This document shows positions 55,261-64,000 of a stretch of 64,000 bases of DNA, piece after piece. The notes under the pieces were generated by a model. That model searched no databases. It was given only the letters and a program-made list of their open reading frames with translations, and was not told the DNA's origin. Position 1 is the stretch's first letter, and the number at the start of each line of letters is the position of its first letter. This DNA comes from Candidatus Multivoradales bacterium (GTDB taxonomy: Bacteria > Acidobacteriota > Thermoanaerobaculia > Multivoradales > Multivoraceae): assembly GCA_965223325.1 (NCBI GenBank), contig CBDCWI010000001.1, positions 736,001 to 800,000 on the forward strand, in the 5' to 3' direction. Made by a program: the position numbers and the translations under genes.

Positions 55261-56625
55261 TTGAGAACCGATACCGCTTTCGATCACTCGACGACCGAAG
55301 ACGACCAGTCGAGCCTGGCCGACGTAAACCCCTCCGACACCGATGCCCTCGAGCAGCACGCCGACGGCCCCCGGGTCGACCGCCTGTTGCGGCGAATCGC
55401 AGCGCGCGGCCTCTCGGGTCGACTGCGCTACCAACGACGCGACAACGAAGCCGCCTTCGCTTTCGAGAACGGCCGGCTGACCGAGGCCTGGGCCGCCCAG
55501 GGCCAGCAGCTCCTCGGAGAACTCCTGCTGGCAGAGTCAGCGGTCGATCGCGGGACGCTGCGCCGTGCTCTTGATCTACAGCAACGCCAGCCAGGCAGAC
55601 GGCTGGGCGAGATTCTGCTCGAGATGGGTGCGATCGAAGGAACCGACCTGCGCAGTGCCCTCCTGCACCAGGCGGCACGGATCGTCGATGACCTGCGCCG
55701 CAACGAAGGAGACGGCATCTTGTCCTTTCAGCGGGTTCGCCCGGCGGGCAAGAGCGATATCAGCTTGAGCATGAGTGAGGTGCTGCTCGACCGCAGCCTC
55801 CGGCGTCGTAAGAAGTCGCCGTCCGGCCCAAGGGTCGGGAGCCACAGCGACGCTCAAACTGCCATCACACTCCCCGAGCCGGTCGTCATGGATACCGACT
55901 CGTCACGCGTTCTCTATGAAAACGTCGCCGACACTGCCGGCCATCAGGTCATCGCCGCCGCCACTCCCTCGCCAAACGCCAACTTCCTGGCCGCCGATGC
56001 GCTGCGTCGCGTCGCCGACGCCGCCTCCTCGGGTGCTCCGGTCGCCGAACTCTTCGATCGACTGATGCAGAGCGCGCTCACCTTTGTCGAACGCGTCGCA
56101 CTGCTCGAGGTCACCGAGAACGGTCTCATCCTGCGCGACGCCCGCTGCCGCCCTGGTCTCGAAGCACCCTTCCTGGTGCACAACCGGCGCGCTGCCTCGA
56201 TCAGCCCCCGCGACGGCGGACTCATCGCCCGCGCGCTCGAACGCAGCCGCGCAATGGTGTCCGTGCTTTCACCGGCAACTCTCGAAGATGAGCTGGTCGC
56301 CGTTCTCGGTGGTGGCGCGCCCCACTCCGGCTTCTGCCAGACGCTAAGGGTCAACGGCATCGTGCGCTGGGTTTTGTACGGCGATCGGCTCGACGAGCGG
56401 CCCATCCAGTCGTTTGACACGCTCGAAACAGCGGTCCTCATCACCGCGCTCGCCAACGACCGTGACCGTCTTCAGCGCCGGGTGAGGGCACTCGAGGCGG
56501 ACGTCGACGTCCTCGCCCGCGCCTGCCGCGACAACAGCGTCGAACACGAGACGCTCGAGGGCAGCGAGGCGACCACCGGCGTGCACCAGGTGCTGCCGGG
56601 TGGCGGCGTGCAGCGCCTGTCGTAG
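55261..56625 (+). CDS. DUF4388-domain protein with C-terminal GAF-like region and coiled coil
   Basis: GGAGG + TTG; 'LSGRLRY', 'LLGELLL', 'RRLGEILLEMG', 'GILSF'; C-terminal 'VRWVLYGD'. Confidence 0.7.
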   Translation: MRTDTAFDHSTTEDDQSSLADVNPSDTDALEQHADGPRVDRLLRRIAARGLSGRLRYQRRDNEAAFAFENGRLTEAWAAQGQQLLGELLLAESAVDRGTLRRALDLQQRQPGRRLGEILLEMGAIEGTDLRSALLHQAARIVDDLRRNEGDGILSFQRVRPAGKSDISLSMSEVLLDRSLRRRKKSPSGPRVGSHSDAQTAITLPEPVVMDTDSSRVLYENVADTAGHQVIAAATPSPNANFLAADALRRVADAASSGAPVAELFDRLMQSALTFVERVALLEVTENGLILRDARCRPGLEAPFLVHNRRAASISPRDGGLIARALERSRAMVSVLSPATLEDELVAVLGGGAPHSGFCQTLRVNGIVRWVLYGDRLDERPIQSFDTLETAVLITALANDRDRLQRRVRALEADVDVLARACRDNSVEHETLEGSEATTGVHQVLPGGGVQRLS

Positions 56626-56660
56626 CGCGCCGAACCTCCGGCCGGTGGTAGGTTCCCGAG

Positions 56661-57566
56661 GTGCGGCACTCCGTTTCAGATGAAGCAACCCCCCGCGGTC
56701 TAGCCCCCGCTCACGAGGCTGCAGACGCCAACGAAGCGGCGCCCTGGTACCTGCCGCAGGCCGACGAAGTCGACGTTTTCATGGCGGCCTACCAGGCTCG
56801 GCTGCCGGTCCTTCTCAAGGGCCCGACCGGCTGCGGCAAGACCCGATTCGTCGAAGCGATGGCGTGGAAGATCGAGCGGGCACGACAAACCGACCCAGTC
56901 GGACAGAGCCGCAGGTCGGGCGATCCTGACTTCCAGTCGCTCATCACCGTCGCCTGTCACGAAGACCTGAGCGCGACGGATCTCGTGGGTCGCTACCTCC
57001 TGCACGGTGACGACACGGTATGGATGGACGGACCTTTGACTCGTGCGGTGCGCACCGGCGCCCTGTGCTACCTGGACGAAGTGGTCGAAGCGCGCAAGGA
57101 CACGACCGTCTTGATCCACTCGCTCAGCGACCACCGCCGGCGCCTGCCGATCGAAAAGCGCGGCGAAGAGCTCGCAGCGCACCCCGACTTCCTGCTCGTC
57201 TTGTCCTACAACCCGGGGTATCAAAGCGCTTCTAAGGACCTCAAGCCGAGCACTCGCCAGCGCTTCGTGGCACTCGAGTTCGACTATCCCGACGAAGAAA
57301 CCGAAGCTACAATCATCGCTCACGAAGCCGGCGTAGAGCAGGCGGTGGCCGAGCGCCTGGCATCGATCGCCGTCAGGGTGCGCAATCTTCGTAGCCACGG
57401 TTTCGAAGATGGGGTGTCGACCCGCCTCTTGATCTACGCGGGCCAGCTCATCGAAGCAGGCGTCGCTCCGTCACGCGCCTGTGAAGTCGCCATCTGCCGT
57501 GCACTCACCGATGATCGTGAAGTCGTTCTCGCGGTTTCAGAAATCGTCGCTACTCTCTTCCCCTGA
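56661..57566 (+). CDS. CbbQ/NirQ/NorQ-family AAA+ ATPase
   Basis: '[14 protein letters not shown]', 'CHEDL', 'W.DGPLT', '[11 protein letters not shown]', 'SYNPGYQ...[11 protein letters not shown]', 'STRLLIYA'. Confidence 0.92.
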   Translation: MRHSVSDEATPRGLAPAHEAADANEAAPWYLPQADEVDVFMAAYQARLPVLLKGPTGCGKTRFVEAMAWKIERARQTDPVGQSRRSGDPDFQSLITVACHEDLSATDLVGRYLLHGDDTVWMDGPLTRAVRTGALCYLDEVVEARKDTTVLIHSLSDHRRRLPIEKRGEELAAHPDFLLVLSYNPGYQSASKDLKPSTRQRFVALEFDYPDEETEATIIAHEAGVEQAVAERLASIAVRVRNLRSHGFEDGVSTRLLIYAGQLIEAGVAPSRACEVAICRALTDDREVVLAVSEIVATLFP

Positions 57567-57633
57567 AGCCCCAGCTCCACTGAAGCTCCTTACCCTCACG
57601 CCTCCCTTCGATTGACCCAAAGGAACCTGCCCC

Positions 57634-58185
57634 ATGAATAGCCAACCGTTGGTTCACCGGTTCGTCCGAGCGCTCTTTGGATTCGCGGTAGCACTCGCCC
57701 TGCTCATTCCGGCGATGACCAGTCGGGCGGCCGCCCAACTCGGCCAGGCTGAAGCATCACCAGCTGACCCTTTCGTCGGCAAAGCGCTCGACAACCTCGA
57801 ACTGGTCTACGAGATCGACGAGGACGGCGACTATAAGATGCTGTTCGAACTCGACGGCGATCGCAGCCAGCTGGTGTACGTTTTCTCAGCCGTTGAGACC
57901 TTCGGTGCATTACGCATTCGCGAGGTCTGGGCTCCCGTTGCAAAGCCCAAGAATCTCACCGCCTCAGTTGCCAAGAAACTGCTCGCCGAGAACCAGAGCG
58001 TCAAGTTCGGGGCCTTTCGTGTTCTCGACTCAGCCAACGACGAGGGTGAACCCGCGATCCTGATCGCCTTTGCCGCCCACATCTCAGCCGACACTACCGG
58101 CGACGCCTTGATGTCGGCCCTCGAAATGGTCTACTCGCAGGCCGACGAAATGGAGGCCGAACTGACCGCGGCCGACGACTTCTGA
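57634..58185 (+). CDS. Exported protein with YbjN/T3SS-chaperone-like pattern
   Basis: Signal peptide; 'YEIDEDGDY', 'RSQLV', 'LLAEN..VKFGAF', 'ADEME..LT..DDF'. Confidence 0.65.
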   Translation: MNSQPLVHRFVRALFGFAVALALLIPAMTSRAAAQLGQAEASPADPFVGKALDNLELVYEIDEDGDYKMLFELDGDRSQLVYVFSAVETFGALRIREVWAPVAKPKNLTASVAKKLLAENQSVKFGAFRVLDSANDEGEPAILIAFAAHISADTTGDALMSALEMVYSQADEMEAELTAADDF

Positions 58186-58190
58186 GGGGC

Positions 58191-60437
58191 TTGACCAAAC
58201 GCCCCAAAGCCCCTACTGGGCGAGCGCCCTGCCGGCTGGTCGATGTCGAGCGCGTTCTGCTTCTCTACGCCGAGGGCATGACGGGAGGGCGCGTACCAAT
58301 CGTCGTCGCAGATGCCGACAAACCAGTCGGCAGCGACGGACGGACGGTCTTCCTGCCGCCGGAGGTTGGAGATCTGCCGAGCACCGTCGACGGCTTCGGG
58401 TTCCTCAAGCTCACCCTCTTGCATCAGCTGGCGCGCTTCCAGTCCGGCAATCCCGCAGCGGGACATTCCATGTGGCGGCGCGCCGCCGGTGGGCACCCGC
58501 TTGCCTGGGCGCTGGCTGAGGTGCTCGAGGGTCAACGAGTCGACGGCTGGATGATCGGCCACTACCCAGGCATTCGAGCGACCCTCGAAAGCGCACTCGA
58601 TCGCGAAGCGACACGGCGCGCGGCAGAGCCCTGGCCAACGACCGCCGCTGGAGCAGCCGCTGAGTACGCCCTGAGACGGGGAGTCGACTCCCTACTTGCC
58701 CGCCTGGCCGAGGAGCGCAGAGAAGCACCCACAGGCACCGCTCCGCATGCACCCGACCGCTCCCTCCGATCGCCGTCGATCCTCGACGCCTCGGTTCGCT
58801 GCGCACTAGACGACGCGTTGCATTCGATGTCAAAGCCCGACGCCACGGTCGCCCTGGGCGCGCGGCACGTCGCGAGCTGGTCGTGGCTGCAAGAGTTCGA
58901 CGAAGTCACCGGTACATCAGAAGACAGGGAGCCGCTCTTCGACCCCGTCCGGCATCGTGGTGTAGCGCGCTTCGAAGCGGTCGAAGACCTCCGAGCGCTA
59001 GCGATAGAAACGCGCGAGCTCGATCGCATCGATCCCGACGGCGCCGAGGCACGATCGGAGAAACTCGGCTGGCAGATTGTCGACGACTCTCTCGCGCTCT
59101 TAGGCATTCAGGATGGCGACCTGTTCGCGTTCGGCAATCTCATGCAGGGGCTCGATGACGGTGGTGAGCTCGTCGGGCCGAGCAGTGGCAGCGACGCCGG
59201 CGGTGACCGACCGGAGGCACCAAAGATCGGTGCTGGTGATGCGTCCCTGGAAACGGGCCTGGAAGAAGAGATCAAGGCGAGGCTCGAGGAGATCGAAGAA
59301 CTCGCGCGAAGGGTCGAGACCGAACGCAGAGCTTCGGGAGCCGAGCTCGACCCGGCTCGTGTCTTCTACTACGACGAGTGGGACTACCTTCGGAAGGGCT
59401 ACCGGCCCCGCTGGTGTCGATTGCTCGAGACCAGGCTAGAGCCGGGCGACAGCGAGCTCGTCGATCGCCTGCGAGTCGAGCGCGGTGACCTTCTCGGTCG
59501 CGTGCGTCGGGAGTTCGAGCGCCTGCGTCCCGAGGCCTACCGACGCATACGTCGGCTGACCGACGGCGAGGACCTCGACCTGGACCGCGTGATCGAATCG
59601 CACGTCGACCGCCGCGCCGGTCTGCCGCCATACGACGACGTCTACACCCGGCGGCAGAAACAAAACCGCGAGGTCGCAGCGATTTTTCTGGTCGACATGA
59701 GCGCCTCGACCGATTCGGCAGTCGCTCCGATCGACGACGAGGGTGCCGCCGGTGGCGCAGCCGGAGCGCACGAGCGGGTAGACCCCCTCGAGCCCAAGGA
59801 GAACACGCAGCAGACCTACAGCTACGGCGGAGTCTTCGACGACAGCGATCCGTGGGAGGGCATCTGGGGTGTTCCGGCGCCGTCGCTTCCGGCGCCCCCG
59901 AAGCGACGGGTGATCGATATCGAGAAGGAGTCGCTGGTCTTGATGGCCGAGGCTTTAGAAGCCCTCGAAGACGACTGGGCGGTCTATGGCTTCTCGGGCT
60001 ACGGTCACGACGCGGTCGACCTCTACGTCGCCAAGGAGCTCGGTGAACCCTGGAGCTCGACCGCCGAACGACGGATCGCCGCGATGGAACCGTGCCAGTC
60101 GACGCGCATGGGGCCGGCGATCCGTCATGCAACAGCGCGGCTACTGCGAACCGACGCGCGGCTCAAGGTTCTCCTGGTGCTCTCCGACGGCTATCCCCAG
60201 GATCATGACTACGGCGATGAGCGTGGCTCACGTACCTACGGCGTTCAGGACACGATGATGGCTCTCGACGAGGCCGAGCGCGCCGGTGTCGACACCTTCT
60301 GCATCACCGTTGATCCGGCCGGCCACGACTACCTGCGCGAGATGTGTCCCGACCAGAAGTATCTGGTGATCGACGACATCGCCGCCCTTCCGGGTGAGCT
60401 GCCCAAGGTCTACCGCGGACTGACCACACGGTCCTGA
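58191..60437 (+). CDS. NorD/CbbO-family VWA protein
   Basis: 'YDEWDY....YRP.WC', 'DGEDLDLD', MIDAS 'DMSAST', 'TRMGPAIRHA', 'LSDGYP.D..Y'. Confidence 0.9.
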   Translation: MTKRPKAPTGRAPCRLVDVERVLLLYAEGMTGGRVPIVVADADKPVGSDGRTVFLPPEVGDLPSTVDGFGFLKLTLLHQLARFQSGNPAAGHSMWRRAAGGHPLAWALAEVLEGQRVDGWMIGHYPGIRATLESALDREATRRAAEPWPTTAAGAAAEYALRRGVDSLLARLAEERREAPTGTAPHAPDRSLRSPSILDASVRCALDDALHSMSKPDATVALGARHVASWSWLQEFDEVTGTSEDREPLFDPVRHRGVARFEAVEDLRALAIETRELDRIDPDGAEARSEKLGWQIVDDSLALLGIQDGDLFAFGNLMQGLDDGGELVGPSSGSDAGGDRPEAPKIGAGDASLETGLEEEIKARLEEIEELARRVETERRASGAELDPARVFYYDEWDYLRKGYRPRWCRLLETRLEPGDSELVDRLRVERGDLLGRVRREFERLRPEAYRRIRRLTDGEDLDLDRVIESHVDRRAGLPPYDDVYTRRQKQNREVAAIFLVDMSASTDSAVAPIDDEGAAGGAAGAHERVDPLEPKENTQQTYSYGGVFDDSDPWEGIWGVPAPSLPAPPKRRVIDIEKESLVLMAEALEALEDDWAVYGFSGYGHDAVDLYVAKELGEPWSSTAERRIAAMEPCQSTRMGPAIRHATARLLRTDARLKVLLVLSDGYPQDHDYGDERGSRTYGVQDTMMALDEAERAGVDTFCITVDPAGHDYLREMCPDQKYLVIDDIAALPGELPKVYRGLTTRS

Positions 60438-60439
60438 GG

Positions 60440-61882
60440 TCAGGGATCAGCTAGAACTTCCCGCCACAAGTTGACCAGAGTGGTCGGGCCGGCGAAGGGT
60501 ACCCGCAACAGCTCGAGATTGGAGAACGGCAGCCCATACTCCTTCTTGAAGGGTCCTGAAAGTGCTCGACGCGGCCCGTCGACGAGAGCCTGGCGCAGGA
60601 TGGCGACCGTCATCACCCGGTCTGAGGAGTGCTCGGGATCGAGCCCCGCCAGCACACCCTCGAGCGTCAACCACGCCTTGCGCAAGAGGACGAGCCGAGC
60701 CGGGAAGCGTACGGCGCGCCCGACCTCTACCCGGTCGAGCACCGAGATCAGCCACAGGAGACCGGGAACGGTGCCACCCCGAACGTCGTCGATCGCCGAG
60801 CGCGCACAGCGCTCGAGAGCTTCCCGGTCGCGGACCTCGGCGGCCAGGGCGGCGAGCGCGCCGACCAGTCGGCGTCGGTCAAGGGTCAGGCCGGCGAAGA
60901 TCACCGCCAGAATGCCCCGTCGGTCCCGATGTGACAGGTGGGCAGCCTGCGTCCAATCGACCACGCCCACCGCATCGTTTGAACCGGTGAGTCGGATGAG
61001 ATTGCCGGCATGGGGATCGCCGTGCACCAGGTTGGGGCCTTTTTGAGACAACAGGGGTGCTGCAACCAACGCCCGAACCAGCGCGCGAGCCATTGGATCG
61101 CTCCGCGTTCGCGGACCGACAGGACGACCGCGCAACCGTGTCATGAGGGTAAGCCGCTCGGAGCTCCCCGGTAGCACCTCCGGCACGGCGACCCCGGTCA
61201 CCGCCGGGCTGTGCAACCGGGCCGCAACTTCGAGGTGCTCACGCTCGGCGGCAAGCTCGAGCTCACGACGCACCAGGACCTCGACCTCATCGAAGAGCTG
61301 CACGAAGTCGATGGACGGCAGGTCGCGGGCCGCGCACTCGTCCTGCAGGACGGCAGCGACCGTCGGCCAGAGTGCAAGTTCTTCTTCGAGCCGCGCTTCG
61401 ACGCCCGGCAGGATGACCTTGACGACCGCATCGAGGCGGCGCCGGCCATCCAGGTCGACGCGGCATGGCGCCACGAGTGCGACACTTCCCTGCGCCAGCG
61501 GCTTCCCCGAAATGCGCACTGGCGGCGCATCGGCTGGCAGCTCTCGGCGGACGAGCCCTTCGACCTCTGATCGGGAGAGGACCGGCGGCAGCGACTCGAG
61601 CTTCATCAGGCGGCGAGAGAGGCGCGGAGCGAGGCGCTCGTCGCGGGCGACGATCTGACCGAGCTTGTGAAGCGTCGGGCACGCTCGGGCAAGTGCTACG
61701 AGACGTTGTGAGTCGGCGGCGGCTGGGAGGGCGAGCTGGGCGGCCAGGATCTCCCGTTGCCTCTCCGGTGACAACCCGGCGACGAAACCCTCGAGTGCCG
61801 CCACCACCACCGGCCGATAACGCGCCCAGGGACCCGGCAGGAGACCACGAAGGCCAGGAACAACAGCGTCGGGTGTCTGCAT
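60440..61882 (-). CDS. ABC1/AarF/UbiB atypical kinase family protein
   Basis: 'PTLHKLGQ', 'LAQGSVA', 'VVKV..PG', 'ELEL..E', 'HGDPHAGN', 'VDW'. Confidence 0.85.
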   Translation of the reverse strand: MQTPDAVVPGLRGLLPGPWARYRPVVVAALEGFVAGLSPERQREILAAQLALPAAADSQRLVALARACPTLHKLGQIVARDERLAPRLSRRLMKLESLPPVLSRSEVEGLVRRELPADAPPVRISGKPLAQGSVALVAPCRVDLDGRRRLDAVVKVILPGVEARLEEELALWPTVAAVLQDECAARDLPSIDFVQLFDEVEVLVRRELELAAEREHLEVAARLHSPAVTGVAVPEVLPGSSERLTLMTRLRGRPVGPRTRSDPMARALVRALVAAPLLSQKGPNLVHGDPHAGNLIRLTGSNDAVGVVDWTQAAHLSHRDRRGILAVIFAGLTLDRRRLVGALAALAAEVRDREALERCARSAIDDVRGGTVPGLLWLISVLDRVEVGRAVRFPARLVLLRKAWLTLEGVLAGLDPEHSSDRVMTVAILRQALVDGPRRALSGPFKKEYGLPFSNLELLRVPFAGPTTLVNLWREVLADP

Positions 61883-62089
61883 CTTCGAAGAATTTTCAGA
61901 GGAATCTCAGAGGGGATCGGCGACGAGGCGTTTCGGCGGTCGAACATGAGTCGAGCCAGAGAGCGACCAGAGTCGACTCGACGTATGCTGCGAACCAGCC
62001 CTTTGAATCCGGACCTCGGCACCGGCCGCCAAACGATAGCGGCTTGACGGTTGCCCGGGTCACGAAGACCGCCAGAGGACCTTAGACGT

Positions 62090-63235
62090 ATGAGTTCGGA
62101 CACAAAACGCCCGCCGTCCCCCCTCTTTCGCGGCCGAGCCGCACACATTGCCATCGCTCTCGTGTTCGCAGCGCTCGCGACCTCGACCGCTCTCGCCCAA
62201 GAGCGCATCTCTCAGCAAGCACTCGAAGACTTCATCGACAGCGCGGCAACCGCGGCCCTCGAAGAAGGCGCCGTCGGGCTCTCGATTGCCGTGTCGTTCG
62301 ACGACCACGTGGTGTTCGATGAGGCCTTCGGCCTCGCCGAGGTGGAACACGGCGTCAAGTCGGACAGAGACACCAGCTTTCGCATTGGCTCGATCACCAA
62401 GCAGTTCACAGCTGCCCTGGTCATGAAGCAGGTCGAGGCCGGCAAGATCTCACTCGACGCTCCGATCGGTGAGTACTACGACTTTCCGACCGGTGAGCAC
62501 ACTGTCACCGTGCGCCACCTGCTCACTCACACCTCGGGTATCCAGAGCTACACCAACCTTGGACCGGAGTGGTTCAAGACCATCCCACTCGAGTTGACAC
62601 ACCAACAACTGCTCGACATGGTCGATGACAAACCGTTTGAGTTCCCCCCCGGAACTGCGTACAACTACAACAACACTGGCTACTACCTGCTCGGAGTCAT
62701 CCTCGAAGAGGTCACCGGAAAGACCTACCCCGAGCTGATCAAAGAGGAGATCGCGGAACCCCTGGGACTCGACCGGACCCGCTACGGTTCCAATCGAGAC
62801 ATCATCAAGAACCGAGCTCAGGGCTATTCGAAATTCAACTCGAAACTGGCCAACGACGGCTTGATCGGCATGTCGCAGCCGGGGGCAGCCGGTGCCCTCT
62901 TGTCGACCGCCGGTGATCTGGTGCGCTGGCAGGAGGCACTGGCGGGAGGCAAGGTCGTTTCGCCGGCGAGCTACGCGCTGATGACGACGCCCTATGAAAC
63001 CAGCGATGGCGAGAGCACCGGCTACGGCTTCGGGCTCGGAATCGGCGACGCTGACGGCCTCGTCGCCGTTCGACATGGCGGCGGAATCAACGGTTTCAAT
63101 TCGATGCTCACCCACTTCCCCGCAACCGATGTCACCATCGCGGTGATCTCGAACAGCGAAACCTACGCTGCCAGCGATCTTGCGACCCAGATCGGCCGGC
63201 GAATCCATGGCAAGAACGTCGAGGGCGGGGACTGA
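62090..63235 (+). CDS. Serine hydrolase (class C beta-lactamase/PBP-like)
   Basis: Signal peptide; 'FRIGSITK' (SxxK), 'LLTHTSG', 'YNN', 'HGG.ING'. Confidence 0.9.
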   Translation: MSSDTKRPPSPLFRGRAAHIAIALVFAALATSTALAQERISQQALEDFIDSAATAALEEGAVGLSIAVSFDDHVVFDEAFGLAEVEHGVKSDRDTSFRIGSITKQFTAALVMKQVEAGKISLDAPIGEYYDFPTGEHTVTVRHLLTHTSGIQSYTNLGPEWFKTIPLELTHQQLLDMVDDKPFEFPPGTAYNYNNTGYYLLGVILEEVTGKTYPELIKEEIAEPLGLDRTRYGSNRDIIKNRAQGYSKFNSKLANDGLIGMSQPGAAGALLSTAGDLVRWQEALAGGKVVSPASYALMTTPYETSDGESTGYGFGLGIGDADGLVAVRHGGGINGFNSMLTHFPATDVTIAVISNSETYAASDLATQIGRRIHGKNVEGGD

Positions 63236-63243
63236 TCGCCACC

Positions 63244-64000
63244 ATGCGCTTCTCGATCCGCCTACGCCCCCGCCTCGGCCCTGCCCTGTGGTTCGCGCTC
63301 GCACTGGCCGGGGTGTTCTCGCCTGGCCAGCCGCACGGGCCCTCGCCCCTCGGGGCTCTGCCCGTTCCCCAGGAGGAATCTCCAGACCGCGAAACGCTTC
63401 GAACGATCGACGATCTGCTCGGCAAACTCCGCACCCAGCTCGAGCAGCTTTCCGACGAGCAGGAACGGGAACGAGCTCTGACACTCATCGAACGACTGGA
63501 GGGACACCTGGCATCGATCGGTGAAGAATCGAGCGGTGAGCCTGCGCCGGTCGCTGCGCCTGCGCCAACTCCCGCCCGCACACGGGCGGCGGTCGAATCG
63601 GTGAACGCCGAGGTGCCACTCCCGGCACCTTCGGGCTGTCTGGCCCTCGTCTGGATGGACAGCAACGCGGACGGCAAGCTCAGCGGAGCCGATCGCTACT
63701 GGCGCCACCTCAGGCTGCGCACTTCCGACGGGAAGACCACTGCCCTCTTCGCCCTCGGCGTGCGCGAGATGGCTCTCGACCTGCGGACCTGGAAAGGCGC
63801 CAAAGAGCTCGTCGGCGACGTTCTCCTGGAGGGCTGGCGAAGCGCCAATCCCAACGGCTCGATCTGGCTGCGGCTCGAGAGTAAACGTCGCCGAGCCCCC
63901 ACGCGGGGCCAGTTGGCACTCGACGGTGAGAGTCTGGCGCGAAGCGGCGGCCCTCGCCTGGTGAGCCCCGCCGAAGCGCAGCACGAAACGGTCTACGTTC
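63244..64000 (+). CDS. Hypothetical exported protein, 3'-truncated by the window
   Basis: ATG 8 bp after the previous stop; MRFSIRLRPRLGPALWFALALAG signal; open to the window end; EF-hand-like 'DSNADGKLSGAD'. Confidence 0.65.
   Translation, partial: MRFSIRLRPRLGPALWFALALAGVFSPGQPHGPSPLGALPVPQEESPDRETLRTIDDLLGKLRTQLEQLSDEQERERALTLIERLEGHLASIGEESSGEPAPVAAPAPTPARTRAAVESVNAEVPLPAPSGCLALVWMDSNADGKLSGADRYWRHLRLRTSDGKTTALFALGVREMALDLRTWKGAKELVGDVLLEGWRSANPNGSIWLRLESKRRRAPTRGQLALDGESLARSGGPRLVSPAEAQHETVYV

Noticed and set aside
62090-63235. Bona fide antibiotic-resistance beta-lactamase
   Set aside because: HGG in place of KTG and the general features fit the broad serine hydrolase/peptidase family; resistance cannot be claimed.

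Overview
High-GC bacterial chromosomal segment with about 45 CDS and no rRNA, tRNA, CRISPR, integrase or transposase that I can recognise. The gene mix (several DUF4388 proteins, two VPS10/BNR proteins, a planctomycete-type cytochrome c, a peptidase ending in 'DSFESG') suggests Acidobacteriota; this is inference only. The left 14 kb is a PUFA-synthase-like (pfa) cluster in the myxobacterial order ER (pfaD/pfa1), KS-MAT-ACPx4-KR-DH (pfaA/pfa2), KS-CLF-AT-DH (pfaBC/pfa3, cut by the window edge). The rest is housekeeping and accessory genes: two MoxR-type AAA+/VWA pairs, a sirtuin, aat, msrB, PhzF, GST, a desaturase, a CotH kinase, a subtilase-like peptidase and others. The most unusual non-coding features are: (1) a 5 x 260-bp tandem array at about 38.46-39.75 kb whose unit contains a TA-flanked 108-bp inverted-repeat module that supplies the stop codon of the neighbouring gene; (2) sigma-54 (-24/-12) motifs before two DUF4388 genes, one of which heads a possible DUF4388-norQ-X-norD operon with no nor/cbb client; (3) a 4 x 19-bp repeat abutting the msrB start; (4) an internally deleted esterase pseudogene. 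Family assignments come from motifs read by eye, not database searches. Several start codons were re-chosen relative to the ORF track.
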